A stretch of DNA of 64,000 nucleotides from the human T2T-CHM13v2.0 reference genome, Homo sapiens (GCF_009914755.1 NC_060927.1); one strand, 5' to 3'. Counted from the first letter of the stretch, positions 1 to 15,670 are shown. Numbers and translations are program-made. The notes: generated by a model not told the origin, from the sequence alone.

Positions 1-849
1 TGACTGGTATGATGGCCTGCAAGACAGTAGTCTGAATTCAAATGTTAGATCTGATAGTAAACCCTTGACTTGACTTTGGACTGTTTACTTAATCAATGAA
101 GTTCTCATTTTCCTTTATATCTAAAATATGATGGTTAATGCTATATTGTATATGATCTTTTTCATGAAACTGGCTGTCTCCTTAAGCTTAACTACAGACC
201 AATGTGCCACAACTACCCCATAATGCCCACTCCTGATTCAAGCAATATTTTCAAGCTTTGCCTTCAGCATCCCAGCTTAATACTCCCAGTAAATTAGCAA
301 TGAAGTCTTGGCCTTTTTACCTTTATATCTTATCTTCCTACTCATCTCACCTTGCCACTTTGAGATGTGGTAATAACATAGTTTACAACTGATTCAGAAA
401 TCCTGATGTTTGTTAGTGTTTGCTAGTTGCTCCCCTTGTCCCACAAGCCCCATACCTTGCATTCATAGTAAGAAAAATTCATAGTATATAATTTTCTGGT
501 ATTTAGTACAAGCAACCTGTAAACTATAGGGCAAGAGCTTCCTGCTCCATCCAGAGCATAAGAAAGAGTATCTATGAGCTCTAACATACTATGCCTCTTT
601 ATCTTAATGGAAGTACTAATTCCATTATCTTCTACATCCTCTGAATTCAGTGCCTTGGGTGATTTTTTATTCTTTAATAGCTAGAGCCTATAAATCTACT
701 TTGTAATCACATGTATTGACTGTTCTTTCATAATCTGTCAAAAAATATCCTTTTATTTTTATTACCCAGAATATCCGCTTTTTCTTCTTAAAGTAGTCCA
801 GCTTTCCTTTGTATGATTCATTTAGATTTCAGATTCAACAGCACATTAA

Positions 850-1330
850 TGGGAGCTGCAGCCCTGGTAATGGATGAGATCACTCAGTAGAAACACAGAT
901 TGAGAAGGCTAGAGAGAGCAAACCAATGCTTTAGGGTCAGGCAAGTGAGAAGGCATCAAAAAAAAAAAAAAGAGAGAGAGAGAGATCAAAAACATTAACA
1001 GTGAAAAAGCTTAGTAGAAAAAGAGAAGTAGAAAAAAAAAAAAATAGAACGCTATCTAAGAGGCCAAGAAAAAGAAGCCATCTCATGTGGAAAGGAGATG
1101 GGGTATGTACACAGAACAGAGTTCATGTCAAAAAACAATTTAAAGAGATTTGACAATATGAAGATAGTAATGATTCAAAGAGTTGCAAATGTCAGCTTGC
1201 AGAGGGTGGAAACATGAATGGTAAATGAGTAAGGTTTTGCCATGTTTATAAGAAAATGGGATGACAGTTACAAGGTAATAGAAAGAAGGGACAAGATTCA
1301 AAAGAAGATGGTGTTTGAACAAAAATTACT
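850..1330 (-). mobile_element. Degraded L2 LINE fragment (approximate)
   Basis: Purine-rich sequence with L2-like motifs (e.g. ggtaatggatgagatcactcag); highly diverged. Confidence 0.35.
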
Positions 1331-1397
1331 TTAGAATGTTTGTAGGAAAAGGGTCTGGCAGAGAGAAAGAGACAGAAGATAGAAGAAAAAGGGGCCT

Positions 1398-1522
1398 GGC
1401 CTGGTGTGATTCCTCACACCTGTAATCACAACAGTTTGTGTTGTGTTGAGGCCAAGGTGGGAGAATCACTTGAGGCTAGGAGGTCGAGACCAGCTTGGGA
1501 AATGTAGTGAGACCCTGTGTCT
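1398..1522 (+). mobile_element. Alu monomer (FLAM/AluJ left arm)
   Basis: cacacctgtaatc...gaggccaaggtgggagaatcacttgaggctaggaggtcgagaccagc...gagaccctgtgtct; no right arm. Confidence 0.9.
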
Positions 1523-1680
1523 AAAAGAAAGAGAGGGAAAAGAGAAAAGGAAGGAAGGAAGAAAGGAAGGAGGAAAGGGAGGAAGGAAGGAAGGAAGGAA
1601 AGAAGGAAGGAAGGAAAAGAGAGAGAGGAAGGAAGGAAGGCAGGAAGGCAGGAGAAAAGAAGAAAAGAAAAGAGATAAAG
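1523..1680 (+). repeat. (GGAA)n/GA-rich polypurine tract derived from the Alu tail
   Basis: Direct inspection; includes consecutive ggaa units at 1581-1600. Confidence 0.95.
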
Positions 1681-3779
1681 GATATCTGAGGCAAACATCT
1701 AAAAGTGGCAAGAGAGAACGAAATTTGGAATCTGATAACAATTTAAGGAAAAGTGAGTCAGTGAGTGTCTTTTTCCCCAATTAACTTTTCAGTTATGCTA
1801 TTATTGTGTTCCTTCCACTCCAGATACTTAAACCAACCCCTGCTAAAATTTGAAGTTCTATTTTGCCTAGTCTACACCAAAATGATAGCAGTACAATGAC
1901 CCTTTGCCATTCTAGTGTATCACAATGTTTACTATTATTCATCAATAAATATTTAAAAGGGGCCTGCCTTAAATGTAAATATTTAGGTTTTATGTAAGTG
2001 CTCCACAGATTAATCTGGTATTTTTATCTTGTTCTCTTAAGATTCCAAGGTAATAAATGAGAAAAGATGTCCCCAAGTGATAACACTCTTTAAAAAGCAC
2101 AATTATATTCAAAGAAATGTATTTCCATGGAAATAAAACACACAATAACAGAAGTTTGATGACAGGAAGGACATACTTTGAGAAAATTTATTTCTCAAAG
2201 TATCTGCTAAAGCTTTGAAAGGGAAATTGCTAAAGCTATCTTAAATTAAATAATACCCTACTGACAAACACCAAAAGGGCAATGTTCAGTTTTAAGTAGA
2301 GTTTATTTGATACCTGACAAAATGATTGGATCTAAGACAACCATTGAAATCCTAGGCTACTAAATTACATAGTGAAGAGTGTATGGGGCTTGGTCTTTTA
2401 ACACAAGGAAAAGGAACCTCAGTAAACTTGCCAATCACCTCCTTAGATATAGCTTCCCATTTTGGATAAAATGTTACAAGTTAATAAAAGTGTTGCAAAT
2501 TGAGCAGCAGCTTTGCTCACAGAAACAGCACTCAAATGACTATTAAAACATAATACAATTTAAATGTGACAACGGATGGAAACAGTTACACAGGGCACCA
2601 ACACAAGCACCTGTATTTGTAGCCTCATTCCGAAACAAACCCAGGTCAGATTCTAGGGAGACCCCATGATGAGTTAAATGACAAAGACCCACACAGCCTA
2701 GAGCAGGGAGTCTGTAGTGTTTCTTCCCCACTTGAAACAAATTAGCCCTCCCAGTTTTAATCCTCAATGGGGGTGGACATAGAATGGTTTTCTATTTAGA
2801 TCTAATGTTGTGTAAGCAACCCCACTGGTGCTCTGAGCTCTTCGTAAGGAAGTGAACACTGTTGGGTGCCAACTGACCCCTTCCAGTGCCATCTTGCAGC
2901 TTTGTTCTGTGACTTCAGTAGAGTAGAAAGTAAAACCAATCATCATTAGAAAGTTCAGAGTAATGCTGCTAGTTGATGAAAATACTTGTGTTTCAATCCA
3001 TAAGCAAGCTATTCTAAATAGATCTATAACCCCTTTGGCTTATAGATGAAGGTGTGTGAGCAGCTAGAGATAGGCAGAGGTTTATGACCAGAACAGGATG
3101 CAATAGTATTAAAATGGAAGTTTAATGCTAATAGCTGGGATCTTAACCATTCCTTAAATACATGTGTGTAAAACCAATGATAGGGGAAATCTGTATTTTT
3201 AAGAATTCAATATTTTACTTATCATGAAAAAGTCAATATTATTAAAAAAAAAAAATTTGAAGTAAATTTAAACATTTTAATTTTGCCAGTTTCTGTCACC
3301 TAGGATTTCAAGAATCATGACTTAAAAAAAAAACCTCCTCTTTTAGAGACAAGTAATAATTTCAGGTTTTATATAAATATAGATTATATAGTACCTATAA
3401 GCATTATCCTGTTCATGTGTCATAAGAAATTAACTAAACAAACTTCTTATTAATTATGCCATATTGAAAGGTGTTATTACATCGTTATCTATTATAAAGA
3501 TGTTGTTGAGTGTAAAACTAAAGAAACGTCTCTTGAATCTCATTTTCAAGAGAAATTGACCTTCTTCTGACTTCTGAACAAGTACTTTCTTTTTGTTTTG
3601 AGATATACATATGCTGAGAACCTTGTGACCTACTTAATTATCGGCTTTGTCTGCTAGGACACTCAGAAAAGAATATTCAGTCCATCTATAAAAACATTAG
3701 AAATATTATAAAATTTTTGTATGAACCTTGCCCTGGGCTTTATTATATTTATTCTTTTACCCCAAATTCTTCATCTATT

Positions 3780-5860
<2,081 letters not shown>

Positions 5861-6627
5861 ACCCAGAAATTTTATTTACTTTTTATCAATTTATCAAAGC
5901 AATATCTGCCCATGTAATAAAAGTTTTAGTGGAGAAACACATAGAGATATACAGGAAAAATATCAACTGATAATGCCATCACTTAGAGCCACAGTTCCTT
6001 TAAGTTTAATTTGTATTAAACTTTTTAATGTTAATATATTTTCCATTGTCAATAATTACTCCCAAATACTGTTTCATGGTTATATGGCTATGCTTTATCT
6101 TAAGTAATAAATATGCTAAGTTCTATTTCTGATTTTGTGGAATGTAGAGTCAAACATGCATTGTCACTTTCCTTTTCTTTAACTTTGCAACTAGTAGAAA
6201 TTCCTCAGGCACTGTCATATACAGTAAAGGATTTTTGCCAAGTTCCATAAATAGCAACCAGATTTACCAGAAAATGTCCTTTAATCCATAAAACTTACCA
6301 ATACTCCCAGTACATGAACTCTCATGTCCAGTAGGCTATCAGCTCCAGCCATTTGAGACATATAATTTCATAAACTAGTGAAGCATAAATATGTTATATG
6401 AGTGCAAAATAAATAAAAGTATCTCTATGAAGATTAATTTGTAGAGATACTAACTTTTATAGTTGAATGCTTTGAGAAGACTTGGAAGAAAATTCCTAAA
6501 AATGTAAGAGCCTGCAAGTTATTATTTAACTGAAAAAAAAACTATAAAAAGCAACTGATAAACAGTGTTTCATATAATGTCTATGCAAGAAATTTGACTT
6601 GGAATCCCAGTCATATGAACATATTCC

Positions 6628-6810
6628 ATAATAACAGCTAACCTTAAGGTTCACACATATAAGCATTGTTCTTTAATCCTTTAATTAATTGTTTTTTAAA
6701 CTTTTAATCTTTACAATAACTACGAAATAAGTTTGATTTGTGTCCTCATTTCATCAGAGAAGAAATGGATGTACAGGCCATAAGAAACTTAGCCCATGCT
6801 GCATAATTTA
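6628..6810 (-). mobile_element. MIR
   Basis: Antisense MIR core (ataataacagctaac...cctcatttcatcagagaagaaatgga). Confidence 0.55.
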
Positions 6811-6979
6811 TAAAAGTTGTGTAGTTGTTCTTTATTTTTTATTTATAAAAAATATAAATTTTTTTTATATTTTTTTATTTATAAAAATATAATATTTTTT
6901 ATTTTATTTTTTATTTTTTATTTATTAAAGTGTAGTTGTTTTTCCCTCATGTTTGTGTAAGTCAAAAGCCTAGTTCTGA

Positions 6980-8015
6980 AGAAAACAATATGGCAGTTTT
7001 ATAAAAATGTATATATAAGTATACCATACAACTCAACAATTTCACTTCTAAAATCCTACCCCAGAGAAATAAAAGCTCATGTCCTTATAGACTTGCATAT
7101 GAATGTTAATAGCAGAATTATTCCTAATATACAAAATGTAGGAAAACAATCCATGTCCATGAGTGAGTGGATACAGCTCTGTTTACAGGAACAGCACTCA
7201 AGTGACTATTAAAACATAATACAATTTAAATGTGACAACTGATGGAAACAGTTGCACCGGGCACCACACATTGGCACTCATTTTATAAAAATGTGTATAT
7301 AAGTTTATCATACAACTCAATAATTTCACTTCTAAAATCCTACCCCAGAGAAATAAAAGCTCATGTCCATATAGACTTGCATGTGAATATTAATAGCAGA
7401 ATTATTCCTAATATACAAAATGTAGAAAAAAATCCATGTCCACGAGTGAGTGGATAAAAATCCATGTCCATGAGTGAATGGATAATCCAAATCCATGGGT
7501 GAGTGGATAAAATATATTATAACTATACAATGGAATTTTATTCAACAATAAACAGGAATTAAATACTACAACATAGATAAACCTCAAAAATATTATGAAA
7601 AGTGAAAGACGCCAAAAACAAAAGATCACATATTATGATTCCATACATGCAAAATGTCAAGAAAGGCAAATCTAAGAAGATAGACAGTTGTTAGATGTTC
7701 CCTGGCTTTTGAAGTGAAATGGAGATTAAATCTAAATGGATACAAAGAATCTTACTGGGGAGATGGAAGTGTTCTACAAACTGGATTGTGGTGATGGTTG
7801 CATAACTGTAAATTAACAAAAATATTTCAATTGTGCATTTTATATGGGGTAATTTTATGCAATGTTAATTATACCTCAATAAAGTTGTTTTTAAAATTAT
7901 GGAGAGAAACTAGATCAAAGTGATGGTTGCACAACATTTGAATGTACTAAATGCCACTGAATTGTACACTTTAAAATGATTAATTTTGTGTTCTGTAAAT
8001 GTTACCTAAATTTAT
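6980..8015 (+). mobile_element. L1MB/L1MC-like 3'-end fragments with internal duplication
   Basis: L1M 3' motifs (tacccagagaaataaaa, tgattccat, ggtgatggttgcacaac); 6997-7173 is duplicated at 7281-7456. Confidence 0.75.
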
Positions 8016-8442
8016 AAAAGGCACTAAAAAGTTATGGACATTTTCAGAATGTGTGTATTTTTAAGTTTGTTTTATGATGTTTTTATTCAGGTATTTATAT
8101 GTATAATAAGCAGAAAATTAAAAAGAAAAGAGATTTTTCTTAAAATTGTTCATTATTCTACCACCTAGGAATAACAGTGAACTTGTGGGCATATATCCTG
8201 TGATTATTTTTTCTGTGTTTTTACCAAACATATAATCATACCATATACACTGTTGTGTAATATGCTTTTGCAGCCTAACAATACATATAAATATCATACT
8301 ATGTCAATGAGATGACATGGTTTTGAAATTTGAAAATCAAATACCCACCTCACTTAATGATGAAATCCATTCTTTGGAAGATACAATGGCCAATCCATGC
8401 AGTGCACACTGAATAATTAACCGCCATTGTCTGTATGTCAAA

Positions 8443-8821
8443 TGCTATGGACTAAATTATGTCCCTTCAAAATTCATATATTGAAGTTCTAACCCCCAGG
8501 TGACTGTATTTGGAGATAGGGCCTATAAGGAGATAATTAAGGTTAAATGAGGTCATAAGGGCAAGGCTTCGACCAAGTAGGATTAGTGTGCTGATAAGAA
8601 GAGACACCAGAGGGCTCACTCTCTCTTTTTTCTGCCATATGAGGACATGGCCAGAAGGAAAGCTGTTTTGCAAGCCAGGAAGAGAAATCTCACCAGGAAA
8701 CTAATTGGACAAGATCTTGATCTTGGACTTTCCAGCTTCTAGAGCTGTGAGAAATACATTTCTGTTGTTTATTCTACCTAATCTATGGTATTCTGTTATG
8801 GCAGCCCAAGTAGATAAATAC
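8443..8821 (+). mobile_element. MLT1A-type MaLR solo LTR
   Basis: tgctatggact...gatcttggactttccagcttctagagctgtgagaaatacatttctgttgttt...gttatggcagccc. Confidence 0.88.
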
Positions 8822-8892
8822 TCCATATCTTCCAAGCTAACCTACCTCCTGGACTAATCAAGAAAGCATGTAATAGCATTTCTTGAGTGTGA

Positions 8893-9226
<334 letters not shown>

Positions 9227-9269
9227 TAGACACTTTAAATATGTTAGTTTATTTTTAGAACCTTCATTT

Positions 9270-9420
9270 CTAAAATTACTTCACAAATGAAGAAGCCAGG
9301 ATCCAGGAAACCAGAAAAGAAAACTAACTTACTCAAACTCATGCAGCTACTTACCTGCCAGAGCTTGAATTTGAACTTATATATGTTTGACTGCAGGGGC
9401 TATGTGCCTGCCATAACAAT
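9270..9420 (-). mobile_element. MIR
   Basis: tcacaaatgaagaagcc...gagcttgaatttgaac antisense core. Confidence 0.5.
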
Positions 9421-9615
9421 GTGCTGCACACTGTATCCCAGGAGGACAAGAGACTGCTACAGCTAAGAAACTTTGCTAGGAATTAATAGTGCAGATATAT
9501 TTTCGAAATGAATTTTCACCTAGATACAGTTTTATGCATAATCTACTATGTGCTAAATATCATTTATGAAGGCAATAAATGCCAGGCTGTAGAGTTTTTA
9601 TTTTATGTTGCAGTC

Positions 9616-9841
9616 CAGAAGTCAGCTAAACTTTTTTTCTATAAAGCATAAGATGGTGACTAGTTTAGGCTTTGTGGGGCATACTATCTCTGAGGAAACT
9701 ACTTAACTCTGCCTTTGTAGGACAAAAGTAGCCTTAGGCAATAAGTAAATGAACAAGCATGTCTGTGTTCCAATAAATTTTGTTTATGAAAACAGGGAGC
9801 AGATTGGATTTGGCCTACATGCCGTAGATTGCCAACCCCTG
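9616..9841 (+). mobile_element. MER58A (hAT-Charlie MITE)
   Basis: Terminal inverted repeats cagaagtcagc / gccaacccctg; 8-bp TSD ttgcagtc / ctgtagtc. Confidence 0.85.
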
Positions 9842-9989
9842 CTGTAGTCTATAGTATGTGATTGATTGAAGGTGCTTGAGAAGGATTTAACTGAGGATAT
9901 GTTTTTATTTAGATGATAGTAGTAATATACATGATGATTTGGAGGAGGGAGAAAACAGGCAGAGAAGGTTTGTGAAGACTAAAACTCAA

Positions 9990-10413
9990 GACTCGGTATA
10001 AAGCATGAAGACAAAAGGGAAATCTATAACAAATAGGATTATGTCAGGTTTTTAGATCATATGTTGATCTCTTTTAGAATTCAAACTTAGACCTTTCCCT
10101 TTGGAAAACTCACAAGAATAGGTTATTTGTTAAAGTCAATAATCAATTTTTTATTTCTATTTTTTTCTTGGAAAAAGTTTCGACAACTAAAGAACTTGAA
10201 GACTTACTATAAAGCATGAAGACTAAAAAGAAATCTATAACAAATATGAATATGTCAGATTTTTAGATTATATATTGGTCCCTTTTAGAACCCAAACTTA
10301 GAAGTTTCTCTTTGGAAGACTCACAAGAATAACCTATGTGTTAAAGTCAATAATTTATTTTTTAATCTATGTTTTTCTTGACAAAAAGTTTCAATAACTA
10401 AAGAACTTGAAGA
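9990..10413 (+). repeat. Diverged tandem duplication, unit about 211 bp x2
   Basis: tataaagcatgaagac...actaaagaacttgaaga at 9997-10202 and 10208-10413. Confidence 0.95.
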
Positions 10414-11145
10414 TATTCAAAAGTGAATATCTTATTCTCTCTCTCTCTATATATATATATATATCTTTTCTTCCCCTCTTCATGTGTGTGTACATGTGTG
10501 TTTATGTCCAAGGAACCACAGGAACAAAAGGACCACAGAATATCCATCAAGTGTCTTATTTGTAATTTTTGTAATCATGTTACTTGGTAAATGTGAATGT
10601 GAAATTAAGGAAGATGAGGAGGAGTTCCAGGCCACACAAATTGCCATAACTAACACAAAGTTGGATTGATGAATAAGAATAAAACCATTCATTCATAGAA
10701 TCTTCCTTAAGCAGAGATAGGAACTAAGCCACTTGGCCTTTCGTTTCTCTCCAGGAAGTCGTCTTTTACAAAAGTGTTGGCATGACAATTTTCTTGTGAG
10801 GCAGTGAGCAGGCCGACTTGACTATACTTTTTAGCAGATGGAGAGGAGAAGACCCAGGGAGATTTTAATTTACTTGGTCAATATCATCCAGTTAAAAACT
10901 GCTTTATCTGAGAACAAGACAAAACACTATGAATTTCTATCTACATGCTCTTACAGCCACAAACTAGAAAGGGAACAATTCAATTAATGAGCCATTTTTG
11001 TCTATGTCATGATAAAACATTGATTTCACTCATATTGCTTTTAAATTAACCAACTGTTTAGGTAACATGGTGCAAAACAACTGGCATTCCAAACCACTCA
11101 TTACTTCTTATTAAGCTATATTGCCTTATAACTGTTAGCAAAAGA

Positions 11146-11320
11146 TCATTCACTCATTTGTTCATGCATTGTTTACTGGTTACACAATTAGTGAGCACCA
11201 GCTGTTTCCCAGTGCAGGACATTATGCTAAATAATAGAGAAAATAACAGAAATGAGTGAGACACAACCTCTGCCTATGAAGAGCTTACAATCTCACAGGG
11301 AACATAAGCCAACAAAAATA
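11146..11320 (-). mobile_element. L2 3'-end fragment
   Basis: tcattcactcatt...cctctgcctatgaagagcttacaatc. Confidence 0.6.
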
Positions 11321-11409
11321 AATATTGATAAGTAAGTAGCAAAATGTGATGTGTCATATGTTGACAAAAAGTCAGGTGCTTACACTCTACAGGGCTTCTC
11401 TCTGAGGAA

Positions 11410-11530
11410 AGAGCATTTAATGCCAGTCTGCTCTATTGGATTCAGATCCTTGTGCCACCACTAGCTAGCTGTTTACGATTTGCTTAGTCACAACTTTTCT
11501 AGGCCTCAGTATCTTCACCTATGAAAGGAC
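11410..11530 (+). mobile_element. MIR
   Basis: ggattcagatcc...ccactagctagctg...gcctcagtatcttcacctatgaaa. Confidence 0.6.
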
Positions 11531-11779
11531 ATACAGTAAATGTTTTTTAATATTCCTTCTACCAATACTACCCTAAGTTTCAATATTTTAAGTTGGGGAA
11601 GGAGATAAATCAAAGTACATTTCAAGTAATAAGGAAGCCATGATTAAAAAAGAATAGAAATATAGATGTTCTTGAAGATCCTCTTGAATACAGTAGTTCT
11701 TAATTGATGCCGATGGCACACTCTTTAAATAAGGGTACAGTGTAAGCCAGCTTCATAGGTAAGAAAGCATAGCAATGAC

Positions 11780-13905
11780 AATACCTACATTTGTGAGGTA
11801 AACATCTGGAAACAGGACCTGCTCATTAAATTGGATGGGGGTGTCAGGCCAAAAGCAGATAGAAATGTTGATGGACAGTATTTGGTCAGAAAAGAAAAAT
11901 GATTTTTTGAGTTATCCCCCAGCCCCCTTTTCTGAGTAGACAGCTGCAGGAGGAGAAGGAAGGTATGGAAGTGGAAAAGACTATTCAGTGCAGGAGGTGA
12001 CATCCTAGCACATCAGTCCTGGGTACCGAGAAGCTGCAATAGCACCAGTAGCAAAATGAAGCATCCTCACTCTCACAGCAGAGGACTAGTACAAAGAGGC
12101 AGATAAATCTACCAGAATTCAGTCTCCCTACTAGATGTGTTATGGATGGCTAGGGCCACTTATGGAAATTTCTAGGACTATAACCTATTAGGTCAAAGTC
12201 AACTAAATGAGTGAAAATGATAGGGATCTAGAAATTTAATTCACAACAACACTGGCCAGAAGGGAAAGATCTTCAGTTCAACCTTGGTGCTGGAAAAGCT
12301 GTGGTAAAGGGTAATCGAGAAAAGAAAATAATTAAAATTAGCAAATCAATCTCATTTTGAGCAGCAACACAGGCATTCTCAAACTTAAAATTCAGAAGCT
12401 TAAGAGTGCATGAGACACTTGGAGAACTGACCCCTTTCTCTCATTTCTCCCAAATAATAAATATTACCCCAGAGAAAGCAAAAGCAGCAACGTTAGAAGC
12501 TTGTGGGACCAAGTATAAGAACTAGTAGCTGTGTCCCAGCACAGTCCTTGATGGGTGGCATTGCTGTGGATATAGACCTGGAATCAAGTCTACGGCATAG
12601 AAACTTTTGTAAGTATGTGTGGCCTGATGGTTTTTCCTCTCCCCATAGTACTACTTGATTTTCTTTATTTCCCTCCACCCCAATAAAAAAAAAGAAAGAA
12701 ACAAGACTTAGTCAGTCACTCTGAACTTTTCTTTCCACTAGAGATGTAGGGAAATTCCAGTGAAGTCTGCATCATCTGTAATGCTAGGGAATCTACCCTC
12801 TTATAATCAGGAATAAGAGGAACTGGAGATTACAATGGGAATATCAAAAAGTTACCTTAGGAGTATAACAGTGGAAAATCCCTGCCTCTCCTAAAAATAG
12901 GCTCAACCTAAATCTGTTGCCTTTACCCTCGGGAACTATAGACCATCCCAGAAATTAAATGGGAAGAAAGGTCATGCCATATAAAACTGGATAAATACGA
13001 TGTCTATGTACTTTTACAGTTAACATCTGATCTACCAAAATTGAGTTTGGGTAAAATAAGCTTGTCCTAACAGGAACATTATTATGGTACTAAAATCCCC
13101 TAAAGAGATTGTAAAGTCCTATCCAGGAAGCAGTTATGTGATATGTCCTATATACCAGATTTGGTGGTAGTGAAAGGATAACTCTCTTTTCATCTTGTAG
13201 CACACCATGGCCGCCACTAAGAGATATTTAGTCACACCAAACATGTCTAATGTATAATGCCTAATCAAATATGGAGAAAAAAAAAAGAAAATAATCCCTA
13301 AAAACACCCATGTCCTAGAAACACCCATGACCTGAGCCTAGTATTCTTGCATTTTGTGATTTCTTTAGCATCTGAGCAGACAAAGAGGTTAACATGAAAA
13401 CTGAAGTCAATCCCTACATGCCTGGCTTGTGGGATGTGCCCAAGGGGAGCAGCATACCATCATGTTAAATGGCTCAAGGGCATTTCTGGAACAATCTAGG
13501 AGGATTGCTTTTTGTGGCAGATTAATGACCTAAGGGATCGTCTTGAGGAACTGTTGGTTAATAGGATCATTACTGAATCATAGCCCATATGCTTCTCCAA
13601 TTGCGATAGTGAGAAAGGAGACTAGAAAAAATTGAAAGTATGTGCATTATTATACCATTAATTGTTGAATTAGGAGTGATCAATAGCTGTTTGTAAAAAC
13701 ACCTAGAGTTCACCTTGCTAGATTTGCAGAATGGCTATTGCCAGATAGCAGTTACAGCTGATGAGGATAAAGATAAGTGAGCTTTTTTTTATCTGACCAG
13801 CAAGATTTCATCTACTTGAGATTATACATCAGGGTCCCTAAGGAGGCCCTCCTGTCAACCCACAGTGGAAAAGGTTGTTTGTGACAGAAGCTAGTTCAAG
13901 GATAC
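11780..13905 (+). mobile_element. Fossil Ty3/Gypsy internal region (MamGyp-int-like): PNMA-like gag, protease, RT
   Basis: Frameshifted translations: LDVLWMARAT (12131), KAVVKG (12295), ANQSHFEQ (12341); VGCAQGEQHTIML (13429), DLRDRLEELLVNRIITES-SPYASPIAIVRK (13527-13617), FTLLDLQNGYCQIAVTADEDKDK*AF (13709), VEKVVCD (13865). Confidence 0.85.
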
Positions 13906-13999
13906 TCTCCCCTTCATCTGAAACACCTACAGTTTCTTGAGGGGATAGGTGAATTGCTTCTCACCTGTGTGTTAATAAAGGCCCTGCCACTCAGGTAAC

Positions 14000-14780
14000 A
14001 GATGATGTCCATGTCTCACCCATATCTTCTCAGGGTTCACCTCTAAGCTGAAGACTGGTCACTATGAATAAACACAATTCTCTACTGGATGTTTTTATTT
14101 TGTTTTGTTTTGCTTTGTTTTTGGCTTGGTAGCACAATAGCCATGCTACCAAGGCAAGACAAAAGTGATAGGAGTTAATGTGTCTAGAGGCAGGCCTCAA
14201 CTGATAAAGGATCCTCACCTTTTTTTGAGATACTTCTAAGATAGGGTCTATCCAGACAGCAGAGTTCTCTGATAGCATTGAGCTCCAGTTCCTCACAGTC
14301 AGAACTTGCTTGATAATTTGCCCTCTATTGGCCGTTTTTTTTTTTTTTTTTTTTTTTTTTGCCTTTCTTACATCACTTCTTATGGACCATCTCCTCCCCA
14401 AAATGCGTATGTTGAAACTCTATCTTCCAATATGATGGCATTAGGAAGTGGGGCCTTTGGGAATTAGTTAGGATTAGCTGAGATCATGAGGAAGATGCCC
14501 TCAAGGATGGTATTATTGCCCTTATAAGAGTCCCAAGACAACTTGCTTCTCTCTTCTCTCCATGATGTGAGGATACAATGAGAAATCAGCAGTCTGCAAC
14601 AAGGAAAAGGACCCTCACCAGAGCCCGACCATGCTGCCATTTTGATCTTGGATTTCTAGCCTATAGATATGTAAAAAATAAATTTCTATTGTTTATAAAC
14701 TACTCAGTCCGTAGTATTTTTCCAATAGCAGCCTGAGATGAGTAAGGCACTTCCCTACACTCCTACTAGGATCACCTTCC
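14000..14780 (+). mobile_element. LTR16-like (ERVL) LTR fragment interrupted by MLT1A
   Basis: acttgcttgataatttgccctctattggc...cacttccctacactcctactaggatcacc. Confidence 0.5.
14379..14749 (+). mobile_element. MLT1A-type MaLR solo LTR
   Basis: ggaagtggggcctttgg...gccctcaaggatggtattattgcccttataag...gatcttggatttctagcc...atagcagcctga. Confidence 0.85.
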
Positions 14781-14887
14781 TCCTTCCTCTACCTTGTCTT
14801 ATCATCATCTTTTTCCCTAACTATGGGAAAAGGGGGAATAGGAGCTCAAATCTATAGCCCGTGGGCCCATTAAAAACTTGTTACTCG

Positions 14888-15207
<320 letters not shown>

Positions 15208-15208
15208 C

Positions 15209-15670
15209 TAAGTTTGGTCCTTAACATCACCTGAGAGCTTGTTAGAAAAGCAGAATCTCAGGCCAGGCGCGATGACCTACGCCTGTAATCCCAGCACTTT
15301 GGGAGGTCAAGGCGGGTGGATCACCTGAGGTCAGGAATTCGAGACCAGCCTGGACAACATGGTGAAACCCCGCCTACTAAAAAAATACAAAAATTAGCCA
15401 GGCGTGGTTGTGCACGCCTGTAATCCTAGCTACTCAGGAGGCTGAGACAGGAAAATCGCTTGAACCCAGGAAAGGGAGGGTGCAGTGAGCTGAGATCACG
15501 CCACTGCACTCCAGCCTGGGTGACAGAGCAAGACTCTGTCTCAAAAAAAAAAAAAAGAGAAAAAAAACAGAATCTCAGACCCCACCCAGACATACTGAAT
15601 AGAGGCCTGCATTGTTTAAAGCCAGATTGCCAGGTAATTCACATGCATGTTACTAGTTGAGTGTTACTGT
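15209..15670. mobile_element. MER5A-like DNA transposon split by an Alu
   Basis: catcacctgagagcttgttagaaaagcagaatctcag...ccccacccagac...ggtaattcacatgca. Confidence 0.75.
15261..15565 (+). mobile_element. AluSx-like
   Basis: Full dimeric Alu; TSD cagaatctca(g) on both sides. Confidence 0.93.

Noticed and set aside
1426-1784. ORFs of 90-113 aa rich in K/E/G/R or F/L/P/S (similar ORFs at 4997-5513)
   Set aside because: Translations of Alu plus GGAA-repeat tails; low complexity.
2790-2850. Possible mini-exon (ttttctatttag ... ttc|gtaagg)
   Set aside because: Short pyrimidine tract and weak donor context; expected by chance in AT-rich DNA.
10484-10669. 61-aa ORF with a hydrophobic stretch and acidic tail
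   Set aside because: Starts in a TG-repeat, with no homology or convincing gene signals.
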